A stretch of 64,000 nt of DNA from Synchiropus picturatus (lineage: Eukaryota). This document shows, piece by piece, positions 1 to 15,243 of this stretch. The notes under the pieces were generated by a model that made no database searches, was not told the DNA's origin, and was given only the letters and a program-made list of their open reading frames with translations. The translations under genes and the position numbers were made by a program. How positions within the stretch are numbered: position 1 is the stretch's first letter; the number at the start of each line of letters is the position of its first letter. The DNA is taken from positions 2,929,643 through 2,993,642 of the forward strand of contig CM094669.1 of the NCBI GenBank assembly GCA_044231675.1, read 5' to 3'.

Positions 1-810
1 CAGGAAGTCCGGGCGGAATGTGACCACACCTGAACCCACCTCAACTCATGGTGCGTTCATGGCTGCTGGGAAAGAGCAGTACTGTAGTGGGAAGTAGGCG
101 CAGCCGCAGTGGCCATGCAGGAGCCCCGCCCATGGACCGATCACGAAATAGGCGTCATTCTAGAAAGGTTATTGACAAAAACAATATCAACGTTATATGA
201 TCACTGTTCAAATGGAAAAATATCTCTTAATAAACTAAAACCATAAAAAGTATTTAAGAAACATTCTTGCAGCTTCAAGAGCAGAGTAAGAATAAAAATA
301 AATTAAATATTAACTGAAATAAAACGTTCATTCATTCCACCAAGAAAATATCACAAAACAATATATTTGTGTCTTGGGACCAATACATTTTCAAATCAAC
401 TGTTGAGTGTTTATTATAAATACTGAGGATGACTACTTCATTGCAAATATTTTTCATGATGGACCCCTGAGGTGTTGTGAATGAAACTGGTCCAACAATG
501 GCGTCGAGACATAGACCAGTGAGGACATGATGTACAGACGGTGGGTGTGAGACAAGCGTGTGCATGAGGTCTGGTTTAGAACAGATCAGGTTTTCAAAAA
601 AAAAAAAAACAGAAATAAAATGTACAATTAACTTTATTAATTCAACATCAACAACATAAGGAATTGAAGGAAGTTAGCAGTCACACTCTTCCTAGTTCTT
701 CTCATCATTCACAGAAACTCGAAGTAGATCCTCTGGCCCACACGGCCAGTACAGCTGGGGTTGTGACCCAGGCCCATTACGACATTTACACTCCTGCAGG
801 GGTAGTGGCT

Positions 811-893
811 TCACTTTTTTCTCTGAGACCGACCACTTGGAGAGGACTTCCTGTCGCTCCTGCTGGCAAAGAAGATAGAGGTCAAATCAGAAT

Positions 894-924
<31 letters not shown>

Positions 925-927
925 TGA

Positions 928-980
<53 letters not shown>

Positions 981-986
981 CGAGAG

Positions 987-1023
<37 letters not shown>

Positions 1024-4000
1024 GAGTGAGTGTGAGAGGTTTGGACCTGTGGTTGGACCTCGCCGTCCTCATGGATGACGGAGGGGAATAGCTCAGCGAA
1101 CGGGAATCTCTGAGAGAGTCGGCGGGATTCCTGGCAGGACGAGCCGGACTGTCGGCGGACACAGAGTGAGGGTTATTGTGATGATTGACAGGTGACTGAG
1201 TGTGTTACCTGGCTCTCTTCGTCTGGTGGTCACTCTCAGATGAGGAGTCCTGAGGTTTGCCCGCACTGCAGCAGAGGCCACAGATGAGAACCAGTGACCA
1301 GATCAATCACATTTATGAATCGTAACTCAATACATGATTAGAAGTTTATATCAGTGACCGGGACTCAATCCAGAGACCGGAAGGTTTGTTAATGTACAGG
1401 GTCGTCGGAGGGTCAGGGAACTTGTCAGGGAGCCACCAGACTAGACCATAGACCAACAGATGAATGGAAGCAGATGAGGCTTCAGGAGAACGAGGACATC
1501 CATAGATTTGAAAGTGACTCACCGTTTTTCCTGCTCAGACTCAGAGTCTGAGCTCTCTGAAGAGGAAGAGGACGAGGAGGAGGAGGATGATGATGAGCTG
1601 GAGCTGCTGCTCTCCTGCTTCTTCTTGTTCGACTCTTTTCCGTTAACGCTGCGCTGAGGTGAAGGAGAAGACGGTTTCTTGCTGGAACGTTGGGATGACG
1701 GTCTGGCCTCTGATTGGCTGTCACCCGGGGACTTTCTGGACGTGATGAGAACGTGTCTAGCGTCTTGCTCGGATTGTTGTGCGAGTGACGAGTCTCGGGA
1801 AGGAGCCAGTTGGTGACTCCTCTTTTCATTCTCCTGCTCGCTGGTGCTCTTCTTGTCTCGCTGCGGTGAAGGTGAGGAGGACGACAAGGAGCTTGACGAG
1901 GAGGAGGAAGAGGAGGAGGAGGATGAAGAACGGGGTGGCTGAGCTGTCGCCTGTGCCTTTATCTGGTCTCTCGGCTGGTTCCTCTGAACCGCTTCCTTTT
2001 TTCCTCTGGATGAGGAGCGACTGGATCTCCCTCTCTGGTGGGCCGGTGACTGACTGGCTCTCTTTCGCTGAGGAACTGGTGACCGGCTGGTTCTCTTTCG
2101 CTGAGGAACAGGTGACTGACTGGCTCTCTTTCGCTGAGGAACTGGTGACTGACTGGCTCTCTTTCGCTGAGGAACTGGTGACTGACTGGCTCTCTTTCGC
2201 TGAGGAACTGGTGACCGGCTGGTTCTCCTTCTCTGAGGAACCGGTGACCGGCTGGTTCTCCTTCTCTGAGGAACTGGTGACCGACTGGTTCTTCTTCTCT
2301 GAGGAACTGGTGACCGACTGGTTCTTCTTCTCTGAGGAACTGGTGACCGGCTGGTTCTTCTTCTCTGAGGAACCGGTGACCGACTGGTTCTCTTTCGCTG
2401 AGGAACTGGTGACCGACTGGTTCTCCTTCGCTGAGGAGACAGGTTCCTCCTCTGAGGAGATGCAGAGCGACCAAACCTGGCAGGGGAAATTATTTTACCA
2501 AAAAAGACTTAAGGCAGGAATTCTAATAGATACAATGTCACTTCATGGTCCCAGAAGAGGCTTCCTAGTCAACCCTTAGGTGAACCTCAGCAGATATTTG
2601 TCAGGGTAAGTCCAGTGGGACACAGACTGAGGTTAAGATGAAACGTTTTGATGTAATTGAATGATAGACAGCAAAGAACATCTGGCACAGTTAGCTAAAG
2701 AACTGCTCAACTTCCACTCACCTGCCTGGGGAGCTCCTCCTCCTGGGGCTTCTGGACCTACTGCGTCTCCTTGGGCTTCTGGGTCTGGATCTGTCATGTC
2801 TACTGGGGCTGTGAGACCTGGATCGACTCCGCCTCGCGGGGCGCATCCGCTGCCAGTCGCTATTCCTGTCCCGGTCCCTGTCGGACCAGGCGCGAGGAGA
2901 CCCTCGGCTTGGACGAGGTGGCGGGTCTCTGTACTGCCTGGGTGGCGTGCTTCGGGCTGGATTTCTGGGACTCTCCTGACCCTTCTGGTTCCTCCTAGTG
3001 TCAGCTGAACGCTCACGCTGGGAGGTGGAGTCTCCTCGTCCTGGTGGGGGACTTGGGCTCCTGCCCCGGCTGTACTGATGAGGGACTTCAGCAGGCGACA
3101 AGGAACTCTTTGGCGGTTCCTTCTCCAATGGCCGTCCACGGTCTGCAGGTGGACTTTGGTTTCTTCCGTTAGCTATGAACCTCTGTACAGCAGCTCCAAC
3201 CGACCTCTTGGCCTGGTTCCCTTTCTCAGTTTGCTCTTCATCAGATGAAGATGATGATGATGACGAGGAGGAGGAGGAAGAGGAGGAAGAGGAGGAAGAA
3301 GAAGAATCACTGTCGCTATCACTACTACTGCTGCTGCTGCTGCTCGCGGGCTTTTTCTGGGACTGCTTGACTTTCTCATCTGCTCCCTTCTTTCTCCCCA
3401 GACTTCCAGACTCCCTCTGGTCCAGCTCCCTACTGTGCACCTTCGATCCTGAACCCTCTAGGTGGCCTTCAGCTGACGGGCGTGCACTGTGTTCCGGGCT
3501 ATCCTCCCTGGCTTTCGCCCTCTGCGGAACTCTCTCCCGGTCCGATCTCTTCTCTTCAACAGCAACAGAGCGAGAGTCAGGCGAAGAAGAGTTCCTCGAG
3601 GTGCGTTCTTCTCTTCTCCGGTCAGTTTTTGGCGGAGGGGGAGACATGCGATCGTCCCTCCTTTTCCCATTGTCTTTCTTCCTGTCTCCCTCATGCGGTA
3701 AAAGGTCAGAGCTTGCCGCTCTCCTCCCTCTGGACCTGTCAGGAGGAGGTGATGAAGACGAGGACTGACGTTTCTCCTCAGGTCCACCTCTGGGTTTGTC
3801 CTCCCCAGCCCTTTTCCTGCTGATGGGTGGAGATGGAGAGGACGAGTCATGTCGATGTTGCCGGAGATCTTTCGGTTTCCCCCCGTTCTTTTCCCTTTTG
3901 TCCCTGCTGCTGGACCTCCTTGACTTCTCTACTTCTCTGCTCCTGGACCTCCTTGGTTTTTCCACGTCTCTGCTCCTGGACCTCCTTGGTTTTTCCACCT

Positions 4001-7000
4001 CTCTGCTCTTGGACCTCCTTGACTTCTCCACCTCTCCGCTCCTGGACCTCCTTGGTTTTTCCATCTCTCTGCTCCTGGACCTCCTCGGTTTTGTCACCTC
4101 TCTGCTTCTGGACCTCCTTTGTTTTGTCACCTCTTTGCTCCTGGACCTCCTTGACTTCTCCACCTCCCTGCTCCTGGACCTCCTTGCTTTTTCCACCTCC
4201 CTGCTCCTGGACCTCCTTGACTTCTCCACCTCCCTGCTCCTGGACCTTCGTCCCGTTTGCTTTTCTTTGCTGTGTGAGCGCCTCCTCCTGTCCTTCTCAT
4301 TTTCCTGACTCCTGGGGCGCCTCCTTCTCTCCTCTTCTCTGTTCCTCATGGGGGGAGGTGGTGAAGGTGAGGAGGAGTCGTGTCTCTTTTTGGTTTTGTC
4401 TGCAGTTCTCATCCACTCGGCTCTCTTCTGCTCAAGGAACCAAACGCCTGAGTTTCACGTCACAGAACCTTCACTGTCATTTGTCCGCGTCAGACTCACC
4501 CCGTCATCTGCAGGACGTCTGGAGCTTGGCTCGTCGACCCTCCGTCTGGAGCGATCAGGTGATCTGGACTCATTTGCATGGTGGTTCCGCTTCGGTGCCT
4601 GGACCTCCTTGACCAGCACCGGTGAGTCGCTAACAGAACAGAGAAGGAATGTGTGATGGAACACCACTTAACTCTTTCGTTTAGTGTAGCTTACTTAATA
4701 ATATTTCTTTTTAATTTATTGTGATATGTTGTGTACATAGCATGTTACAAACACAATTTCCCTTGGGATTTATAAAGTTTTACTGATTCTGATTATGAAC
4801 TACGGACTCACAAGTGCCACCTCCGGTCAAACTTCATGGGCACACAAAAAAACTAAAATACTATTTAAGAAACGTAAAAAAAGACTATCTTAACAAGTGA
4901 TCCTGTCAAGTCTTTTCTACCCCTTACAACTTTTTCTTTCTTGGCTGCCCCTGCAGGAGAGAAGTGAAACCAACCTGTGGGCAGAACTGCTGGAGTTGCG
5001 TCTGCGACGAGATGCTTTGGAACTCTTTTTCTTGTTCTTAGATCGCTTGCGTTTCTCCTCTGACGAACTTTGGCTGAAGACAGAGGTTTATTAAATTCAG
5101 CAGAAGAATTATCTTTAGTTCAGCTTTCCTGCCGTTTCAGAAGCATCCTGTGACTCATACTGGTCTTCCAGGTTAGAAAGCACAGCTAGATTGTTCGGAG
5201 CAGCTTGAAAGACCAACTCACCTGTCATCCTCCACCGCTGCCTCACTGAAAAAGAAGATTGACAGTTGATGACAGTCACCAAAACAACCTGACGTCTGAG
5301 GGTGGAGGAGACAAGTACCGTTTCTTCTTCTTCTTTTTGGCTTTCTTTTTCTCTCGGCGTGGAGATGGGGACGGACTTTCTGAGCTGCAGACAGAAGGAA
5401 CGTCGAATCAATGCTCAGGAGTTCACATAGAGAAACTTTAAACCTCCATAAACGATAAAGACATGCACACCAAGACCTAGCCCTACTTTGAGTTTGCAGG
5501 TTTCTGTTCCCACCTTTCTCTGCTCTTGTTTTTGTTCTTCTTCTTCTTCCGACTGCGCTTCTTTGGAGGAGAATCAGAATCATCAGAACCATCTGAATCT
5601 TCCACCAACCTGAGAAACAGACAATTCTTCAATGGAACTCCGTCACTTGAGAAACACAGTGGTTCAAAAACCACATTTACTGTTTGAATAACAACAAGCC
5701 AAGATAGCAGCCAATGAGGAAGATGCACATTAGGGATGGCCGATAACTTTCTAACTATCTTACACAATATACCGCCAAAAACACAAGCTCCACGGTGACA
5801 ATTCTGCATCTCGCAATAAATTTGATAAAAACACGGCTCACTCACTGCATTGGACCTGCATACATGAACATGACGAGAGCGCAACGGCTTGTTTTTAATC
5901 CAGGGAACCTTTGATCGTGACACTGGTCGAGCCTGAGTCTCTGGATCCCTGTTTATTTTATTAAATGGAGTGGTCCTCATAGGTTCTCTGACGTGGTCGT
6001 CTGCCTTGGTTCATATCAACCCATGCAGGTCTCCCGCTGCGCTGGTGCCTCGGCGAAACACTCTGATGAAAATAGTTATCCAAGTAGATATTGGACAAAG
6101 CTCCGCTCCGATATTGGCGGCGGCGTCCTCTTCTGCGTCCCCATTAGGGTTCACTGATCGCGGACACACTCTCACAGGCAGCACTAATGCTACGAGCCGC
6201 CATCTTTTAGGGACCATCAACAAATTCTGAAGTGGTCAAAGTATGAGTGAAATCTTCAATAAGGCCATGGAAAACAACCATTTCAGGAGAGAGAATTGTG
6301 AAAAGGTTTTTCATCACACAAGACAAAGGACTGACAGTTTGTTTCGTGATCTGGAGAATAGAATATGACTAAATGATCATTTCTTCACTTAACTTGTTGA
6401 AGTCTTGGTAGTGATCCTCACGAGTAAACAGATGCGAGAGATACATGGGAGGTGTATTTCCGACAGATACTGCAGCTAAATTTCACCCATAAATAAAACT
6501 GGCAGCGCTGCCGGTCAGACATGAGCAGGTTCTACGAGAGACGTGAAACATTGAATTTCTCAACTCTACACTTAGTAGTGTAGAACTATTATATTTAAAC
6601 ATAAACAAATAATGATGTTGGGGACAAACTCCACAAATACGTTTCATCATAAAACAGTTTCATGAGAGACTGTAGTGTCCAACACATGGAATAGAATGAA
6701 CATGTACTTCTCATCATAATTATCGCTAATGCTGAAATTACAACATTTATCGTGAGAACTTTTTTTGTCCATATTGCCCATCCCTAACGCACATGCAACG
6801 TTCTTGATCCAACCCAACTCACGAGTATTTCTGCTGCTCCTGACGTTCCCTCTCCAGTCGCTCTTGCTCACGCTTCTCCTTCTCTTTCTCCTTGCGGTCA
6901 GCGTGGAAGGACGATCCGTCCACATAATCACTGGCGATCCCAAACGCAGCGCGAAGACGATCGTTCTTCTGCTGGTTTGCCGCAGCTAGTGCATGAGTCT

Positions 7001-7610
7001 CTGTAGCTCTATGGGAACACAAACCCTTTGAAGAAACTGTGTGTGTGGGACTGTGAGTGTGCGGGCACCTACGTAGGTCTCTCTGAGGGTTTGGAAGTGG
7101 GTTCCTGCTGCTCCTGGAGCATCATTCGGAAGCTGTTGACTTTCTCCTCAATCTCTTCAGCTGAATATCTGTTGGAGATCAAAACCATAATTAGGTAAAC
7201 AGTAAAGGAATCTATATTGTCATCTCCGAACTATCGTCGGCAAAGTAACCATAATTATAAGAGATGCAACAAGCTTGACAGCGACCACAACACCCAGTGA
7301 CATGAGTGTCGCGAACAGCTAGTGATATTTAGCGACATGATCTCCAGGGTGACATCACTCACCCCTGCTCCTCCATCATGTCCTGGAGCTCAGCGCACTT
7401 GACCTCCAGCTGTCTCTTGCGCTGGTGCTCCAATATGTCAGCGTTGGGTTGCCGGTTCAGCTGACTCTCCAGTCGCTCTCGGTCTTTCTCATCTCGCTCA
7501 CCGCCACGCTCGTCCCGTGGCCGCTTAACTCGTATGCTGGACAGGTTCCGCTGGACATAACCGTTGGTGCCGCTGCCACGGGGAGTCGTGAGGCCAATGC
7601 CATTGTACAT
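811..7610 (-). CDS. srrm2: Serine/arginine repetitive matrix protein 2 (SRRM2/SRm300) ortholog, gene-level span of the coding region. Coding exons on the minus strand: 7363-7610 (ATG at 7610), 7073-7168, 6823-7008, 5514-5609, 5319-5384, 5222-5245 (24-nt microexon), 4975-5073, 4500-4629, 2722-4427, 1522-2476, 1209-1265, 1059-1148, 811-861 (stop TGA at 811-813). A non-coding 5' exon probably ends at a GTGAGT donor near 8413.
   Basis: The first coding exon translates to [24 protein letters not shown]...ADILEHQRKRQLEVKCAELQDMMEEQG, which matches the remembered human SRRM2 N-terminus ([24 protein letters not shown]...PDILDHERKRRVELRCLELEEMMEEQG). Exon 3 gives ATETHALAAANQQKNDRLRAAFGIASDYVDGSSF (human AVTETHQLAELNEKKNERLRAAFGISDSYVDGSSF). 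Downstream come K/S-rich exons, a 1706-nt exon full of RSRSREVEK-type RS repeats and poly-Ser, and a C-terminal ADSLRDSRSLSYSP motif (human IDSLRDSRSLSYSP). Every junction was traced to GT..AG with consistent phase, and the spliced frame is open from the ATG to the stop. Confidence 0.9.
893..1030. repeat. Compound (GT)n-(GA)n microsatellite, intronic, between the last two srrm2 coding exons.
   Basis: A direct read gives tgtgtgtgtgtgtgtgtgagagagtgagagag...(ga)n with interspersed gcgagagag units. It cannot be coding in the srrm2 frame. Confidence 0.95.
1522..2476 (-). CDS. srrm2: srrm2 3' exon. Carries about 12 copies of a 33-bp tandem repeat encoding SRSPVPQRKR(T/A)S, then a poly-Ser run and S/K/E-rich sequence.
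   Basis: Acceptor tttcccctgccag|GTTTGG at 2476 and donor GAAAAACG|gtgagtcac at 1522. The reading frame (RFGRSASPQRRNLSPQRRRTSRSPVPQRKR...) runs unbroken into the track ORF 1519..1887(-) (...SSSSSSSSSESSDSESEQEKR). The other two frames of the repeat (track ORFs 1959..2474(-) and 1779..2579(+)) are repeat artefacts. Confidence 0.85.
2050..2440. repeat. 33-bp tandem repeat (unit gactggctctctttcgctgaggaactggtgact on the plus strand), about 12 copies, coding within the srrm2 exon.
   Basis: The repeat is visible directly. Every frame on both strands stays open across it, which is what produces the spurious plus-strand and minus-strand ORFs in the track. Confidence 0.9.
2722..4427 (-). CDS. srrm2: srrm2 giant RS-domain exon (1706 nt). 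Contains about 11 copies of a 33-bp unit encoding SRRSRSREVEK-like repeats and a long poly-Ser/Asp tract.
   Basis: The ORF-track entry 2718..4412(-) is a single 564-aa open frame. It is bounded by the acceptor ccttgagcag|AAGAGAG (exon starts at 4427) and the donor GGCAG|gtgagtgg (exon ends at 2722), and its phase matches the flanking exons. Confidence 0.85.
3235..3345. repeat. Trinucleotide tract (GAG/GAA)n followed by (CTG)n. It encodes a poly-Ser/Asp run on the minus strand within srrm2.
   Basis: Plus strand reads gatgaagatgatgatgatgacgaggaggaggaagaggagg...ctgctgctgctgctgctcgc. On the minus strand this is the SSSSSSSDSDSDSSSSSSSS... segment of the 2718..4412 ORF. Confidence 0.85.
3895..4250. 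repeat. 33-bp tandem repeat (unit ctcctggacctccttggtttttccacctctctg on the plus strand), about 11 copies, coding for SRRSRSREVEK-type RS repeats in the srrm2 giant exon.
   Basis: The repeat is visible directly in the sequence. Confidence 0.85.
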
Positions 7611-8149
7611 GTTTCTGCAAAAGAGGTTCAAAACCTTGTTGGAAAAGCTGACAAAGTCAATGTTTGACAATATTCGGGATGCAATGCAAAAAATTTCAAT
7701 CTAACTGAGGATTCTTGAGTTCATGTTTCTTCAAATGGTCTGGACCAGGAAATGGTTCGTTGGTTAACAGCATTTTTATCAAATACTCCAACAGTTTTAG
7801 GATTCATATCAGTAAACAATAAACGGTTTTTATTATTAGTTTAGAAAACCTTGCGTCGTTTAGGATTCAGCCTGTTTCGATTTCCCCTCAAGCCAAGTCT
7901 GAGTGTATTGAGCAATACAGAGCGCCCTTCGCCCATAGCGACACAACGCAGGACCTGAAAAGATTCAGGCTTAAAAAAAGCCTCGTACAACCGTTATATC
8001 AAATATACTGTTGTTTCATGAAACAGAGCCGCCGAAAACAACACGGCTACAGGTCGATGACGAGCCAAGAGATCACCAACCGAGTCAGGGCAGATCGAAT
8101 CGATGTTCCATCGTCTTTATCGATTAGGAATTGCACTTAAAACCACATC

Positions 8150-8650
8150 TATCGAGTGATTTATTCACAATTAGCGGCGGTACGCACGTGCGCACAGCGG
8201 GCCTGCTGTTGGGCACCTCAGCTAGTTTAGCAGTCGCATGCTAATGAGCCACAACATGAATTTAACTGACAGCCTTTGTGTTTATCGGTCGGAATCGCCT
8301 ATGGGATCCACTCTTTGGCCAAGTGTTGAGCTCCGAGAGAGTAACGCCACTGGAACGTAAGCGCTGGATCCGCAGGATGTGAGCTAACAAGCTAACGGAC
8401 TTGATACTCACCCGTTTCAACCGCAAGCGCGCGCACACCCACTGAACCGGGACCTTTCAGCGAAAAAAAACAGTCTGGGGAACCAACCGAATATGAAAAT
8501 TTATATCGCGAATTAGTCGGTTAAAAAGCGCCGGTTAGCCGTCGGCTAACAATCGTGAACGCAGGAGGGAAGAAGATGACAACGGCGTGACGTCACTCGC
8601 CAAGACGTCCCACCGTGTTGAATTCGGACTCACGATTGACGCGCTAAACT
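8150..8650. promoter_or_regulatory. CpG-rich putative promoter and 5'UTR region of srrm2. Contains a palindromic CRE-like GTGACGTCAC at about 8587-8596 and a candidate non-coding first exon ending at a GTGAGT donor near 8413 on the minus strand.
   Basis: High CpG density (gcggcggtacgcacgtgcgcacagcggg...). The position is immediately 5' of the srrm2 ATG exon, which begins at an acceptor at 7615. No transcript evidence is available. Confidence 0.45.
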
Positions 8651-10894
8651 CATCCAAACTAAAACCATGGTTACATTTTACGACAGCTGATCACGAGTGG
8701 TCAGTCAAACCGATATTTCTTGGTGTTCGATGCAGCTCCAACAAAAAATAATGAGAGCTGATCTGAAAAGAGCCAGTAGGGGGAGACAGTTCCTCGGTAT
8801 CGTGAGCGTGCACCAGGTCCTGACCGTGATGACGTCACGACTCATCGGAACCTCTGGCATGTATACAGGAAGCTATTTTAAAAAAGGTCAACAGTCAGTA
8901 CAGCTGAGTCATGCATTAATCACACTGTTTGAATCTAAAGTCAATCGTCATTTATTTATTTGTTATTCACATTTAGATGTTCTGTGCACGTCTGTTCATG
9001 CCAGAAGAAAGATTGATGGATAGATATCCCTTATTTGTAGGGAAGGGATGAATGTCCACAAGCCTCCATCAGAGACTGGGATTCAACTTGCAGTTCATGA
9101 TGGCAGTATTTCAATCCCATGAACGGTTCGCTGTGTTCCTCTTGACAGTCTGGGTGAGGAGTTTGGTCGTCCATTACCAAGTGTGGCGCTTCCCTCTTGG
9201 GCAAGTTGCCTGTTGGTGTGGCTCAGAAATAACTTCACTGGCTTGCAAACCCTTGTGTACAGACGAAGGAAGGTCATTCACATATTCTGTTTTGATGTCA
9301 CAGCGAAACTAAGAAAACATGTTTCAGTCTTGGCAACAATCCCCAGATGGTGTGTTGAAGGTCAGCAACTAGGTGGATTAGGGAAGATCTGGGTTGGACC
9401 TGCCTCACTGCGAGCAGCAATACATTAGTAGGACTGGGTCTAGTGTTGTGTAATTGTGTGTGTGTGTGTGCCAGTCAACAGTAAAGCCTGAAGTTCTAGG
9501 CTTCAGTTCAATCCCGCAACATTATCAAATGTCATGAAAGCACCATGATCCCTCGTAAAATCACATTGTTTTTGTATTGTTTCCGTAACAAGCAGTGATG
9601 CCATTTCCCAGAATCACAAGGCAACACCCAATAACAATACTTTCCAAAGACGTCTTGAAACTAGAGACGCAGATGAAAGCCGCCTCACAAATGAGATTCG
9701 GACCTCTTGTTGTCCCCAGATGGATGAGTTCCCCTCAAGAAACTGGTGGCACCTCTCTGATGATGGTCATGTTGGGGGACGGCGGTCAGCAATCCATCAC
9801 ACCAGTCCACCAATGGAAGGACAATCGCACCTGGACTTTCTGGTTCTGAAATGACTCAGCGACTCAAACATGTTGATCTGGTTTGGTCGTACAGGAATCT
9901 GACTTTTCTACATCTGAGCAGCCTATTTGTTCACTGGCCATTGTTTGGAAGGCAGTGATGAAACCGCAAATCCCAACTCAATGGCAGTTGACGCACACAA
10001 GGCTATGATCACCGGAGCATTGTGTAATTCACAGGAAGTCGAAAAATAACTGGTTTTACCTGGTTGTCTTGGAAACCCTGAGGTTAGGGACATTCTCGAA
10101 ACTGGATGTTTCCTGGTCCACCAGTTGTTATGAACAATGACTCTGCACACGCTGATGAGATCTGTCTCACTGTCAATCACTTCATTTGGCGGTCACTACG
10201 CCGCCCTGCTGGCAGCTGCTCGCCTGCATTCCTGCTGTCACTCAAAATTCAGATCAGAGTTCTGAAAGTCCGGCCTGAGCCAGGTCTTGATGCTGGTACT
10301 TTTTAAACAAATTCCTTTTGGCACAGTCAGCCGTGCACAATGAAACCTGGGGTTGGCAGCAGAACTTGTTGGTTTCAACACAAACACCTGTTTACCCGTT
10401 GAAGTGCAGTCACTAAACTAATAAGATGGCATCTGTTTCCAGGTGTGACCCGTCCTCTGACCTCTGACAGAACAAACCTGCTGGGAAAGTCCGGGCAGAA
10501 CTAGTTCCAGCACTCTGATCAGATCTGATGCGTCATCTACAGAGAAGGTCTCTTGTCCACTCAGGGACTCTAGCCACGCTGGTACGCTGGTCGTGTTCAC
10601 CGGTTATGTGGCTACCGGGCGGGATGCGGGACCGAGAGGTCAGGTTTCACCTAAGTGCAATTCAGGGCCTGTAAAAAAAACGTCCTTATGACCATTTCTG
10701 GTAATAAACTGAGTCCAACTTCCTCATCAGGTCCTTCCTGCTCCAGACAGTTTTGTTGGATCCAGAGTCATGAGACCGGTGAGCTCCAGCATGAACATAG
10801 AGCTGACAACCATCTGAGTGTGTGTGTGTGTACCTTCTATAGCCATACTTGGGTGGGGACCAATTCTTGGAAACACACCTCCTCGTTGGGAACT

Positions 10895-11060
10895 TTGGCT
10901 ATTTGTGGGGACCTCTTGCCAGTCCATACAAGTTTAAGCCTCAAGTTGAGGATTTAAGCTTGGCTTAGGTCCTGGTGAGGGTTAGAGTGAGAGGTCAACG
11001 AGTGGTCGCCACAAAACGCGTGAGGCTGTGTGAGACAGCGCCATTGTTTTGCAACAGGCA
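10895..11060 (+). repeat. Dispersed repeat, copy A, of an unclassified short interspersed element.
   Basis: Shares caagtttaagcctcaaNNtgaggatt..., gggtgagagg and cgagtNgtcNccacaaaNac blocks with copy B at 11575-11760. Same orientation. No ORF. Confidence 0.6.
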
Positions 11061-11173
11061 TGTAGGTGAAACAGTGTGGTGGGCGTGGTGTGTCAGCAGG
11101 TGGAGGTGTGTGTGTGTGTGTGTTTGTGACTATGTTAAGGGCAGTTTACTGCTGCTCATCAGAGACACAGGTC

Positions 11174-14353
<3,180 letters not shown>

Positions 14354-15243
14354 GCAGACAGTCACTTCATCTCCTCCTTGCCCTTCACTGAAGGACTTGT
14401 TTGCTGCTTGTTTTTTTGCAGACTGAGAAATGCAGTCTAAATATTTGTTACAAGTTTTGATTGTATGTGTCCAGACAAAATGAAGGACAATTTCTCTTGA
14501 CTACTTACTAATGATTAACTGATCATCTCAACAAAACAGCTGGTTTCCATGGTCATAAATGAAGGAGGGGTAAGAGGGATGTCCAGTAGTCCAATAATGT
14601 GACAGTTGAGATGCAGGCATGTTTCCTTTTAGGAAACGTTTTTAGAAATCATGAAATAAACATGTATTCCTGTGTGTCTGTGTGTGTGTGTCGTAACAAT
14701 AGAAAACATTGAAAAAAAACAAACAGAAGAAAACATTTTATTCAGAATAAAAATTACAAATGCCATCATTCAAGTATAAAATCAAAATTTCCCTTCAAAA
14801 TTTGATTCACAAGCAGATTCCAAAAACACATCCCTTTTGGTAAAACCTCCAGACCAGAACAGAGCAGAGGCTCCACAGAGACCCACCCAAACACCTGCAC
14901 CGATGATGGAGGGCAACTGTTTCCACGAGAACCAGCCTCAGAAGGTGACGACGGGAAAACATGACGCAGACAAGCTTGTGACACTTGAGTTTCCCTCCAG
15001 AAGTTTGAGTGAAATATTCCTAACCAAGACGAATGTGAGTGAGTATGACTGAGTGAGCGTGTCAGCAAAACACGCTGAACCTCAGGTGAACTTCCCGTGA
15101 GTCAGCAGTTCAGTTCAGAAAAAAACAGGCAAAACTGACTTGACTCGGTGGCCGACTCCTGCAACACATGTCCATGTCACACTGGGGCAGTGAGTGAGTG
15201 TGCAACTTTGTGTGAGTGTCCCCCCACTCACCTCGACTTCAGG

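Noticed and set aside
1779-2579. 266-aa plus-strand ORF (DWLSFAEELVT repeats) and the 171-aa minus-strand ORF 1959..2474 (SEREPVSHQFL repeats)
   Set aside because: Both are alternative frames of the 33-bp tandem array. Only the minus-strand frame SRSPVPQRKRTS splices in phase with the flanking srrm2 exons.
2050-4250. Regularly spaced 33-bp direct repeats that could be mistaken for a CRISPR array
   Set aside because: The units are contiguous with no unique spacers and are coding sequence inside a vertebrate spliced gene. Not CRISPR.
3175-4656. Stack of plus-strand ORFs (3175..3768, 3796..4308, 3827..4612, 4348..4656) that look acidic or Leu-rich
   Set aside because: These are antisense or off-frame readings of the srrm2 giant RS exon. 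Repeats and biased composition keep all frames open.
6560-6720. Possible intronic C/D-box snoRNA in an srrm2 intron (minus strand aTGATGA ... cTGAcc about 100 nt apart)
   Set aside because: No convincing terminal stem, box spacing is longer than typical, no D' or C' boxes, and no antisense element could be defined. Likely chance in AT-rich intron.
8697-9023. 108-aa plus-strand ORF immediately beyond the srrm2 CpG island, a possible divergent gene
   Set aside because: No recognisable domain, no downstream exons found, and composition is unremarkable. It cannot be supported as a gene from sequence alone.
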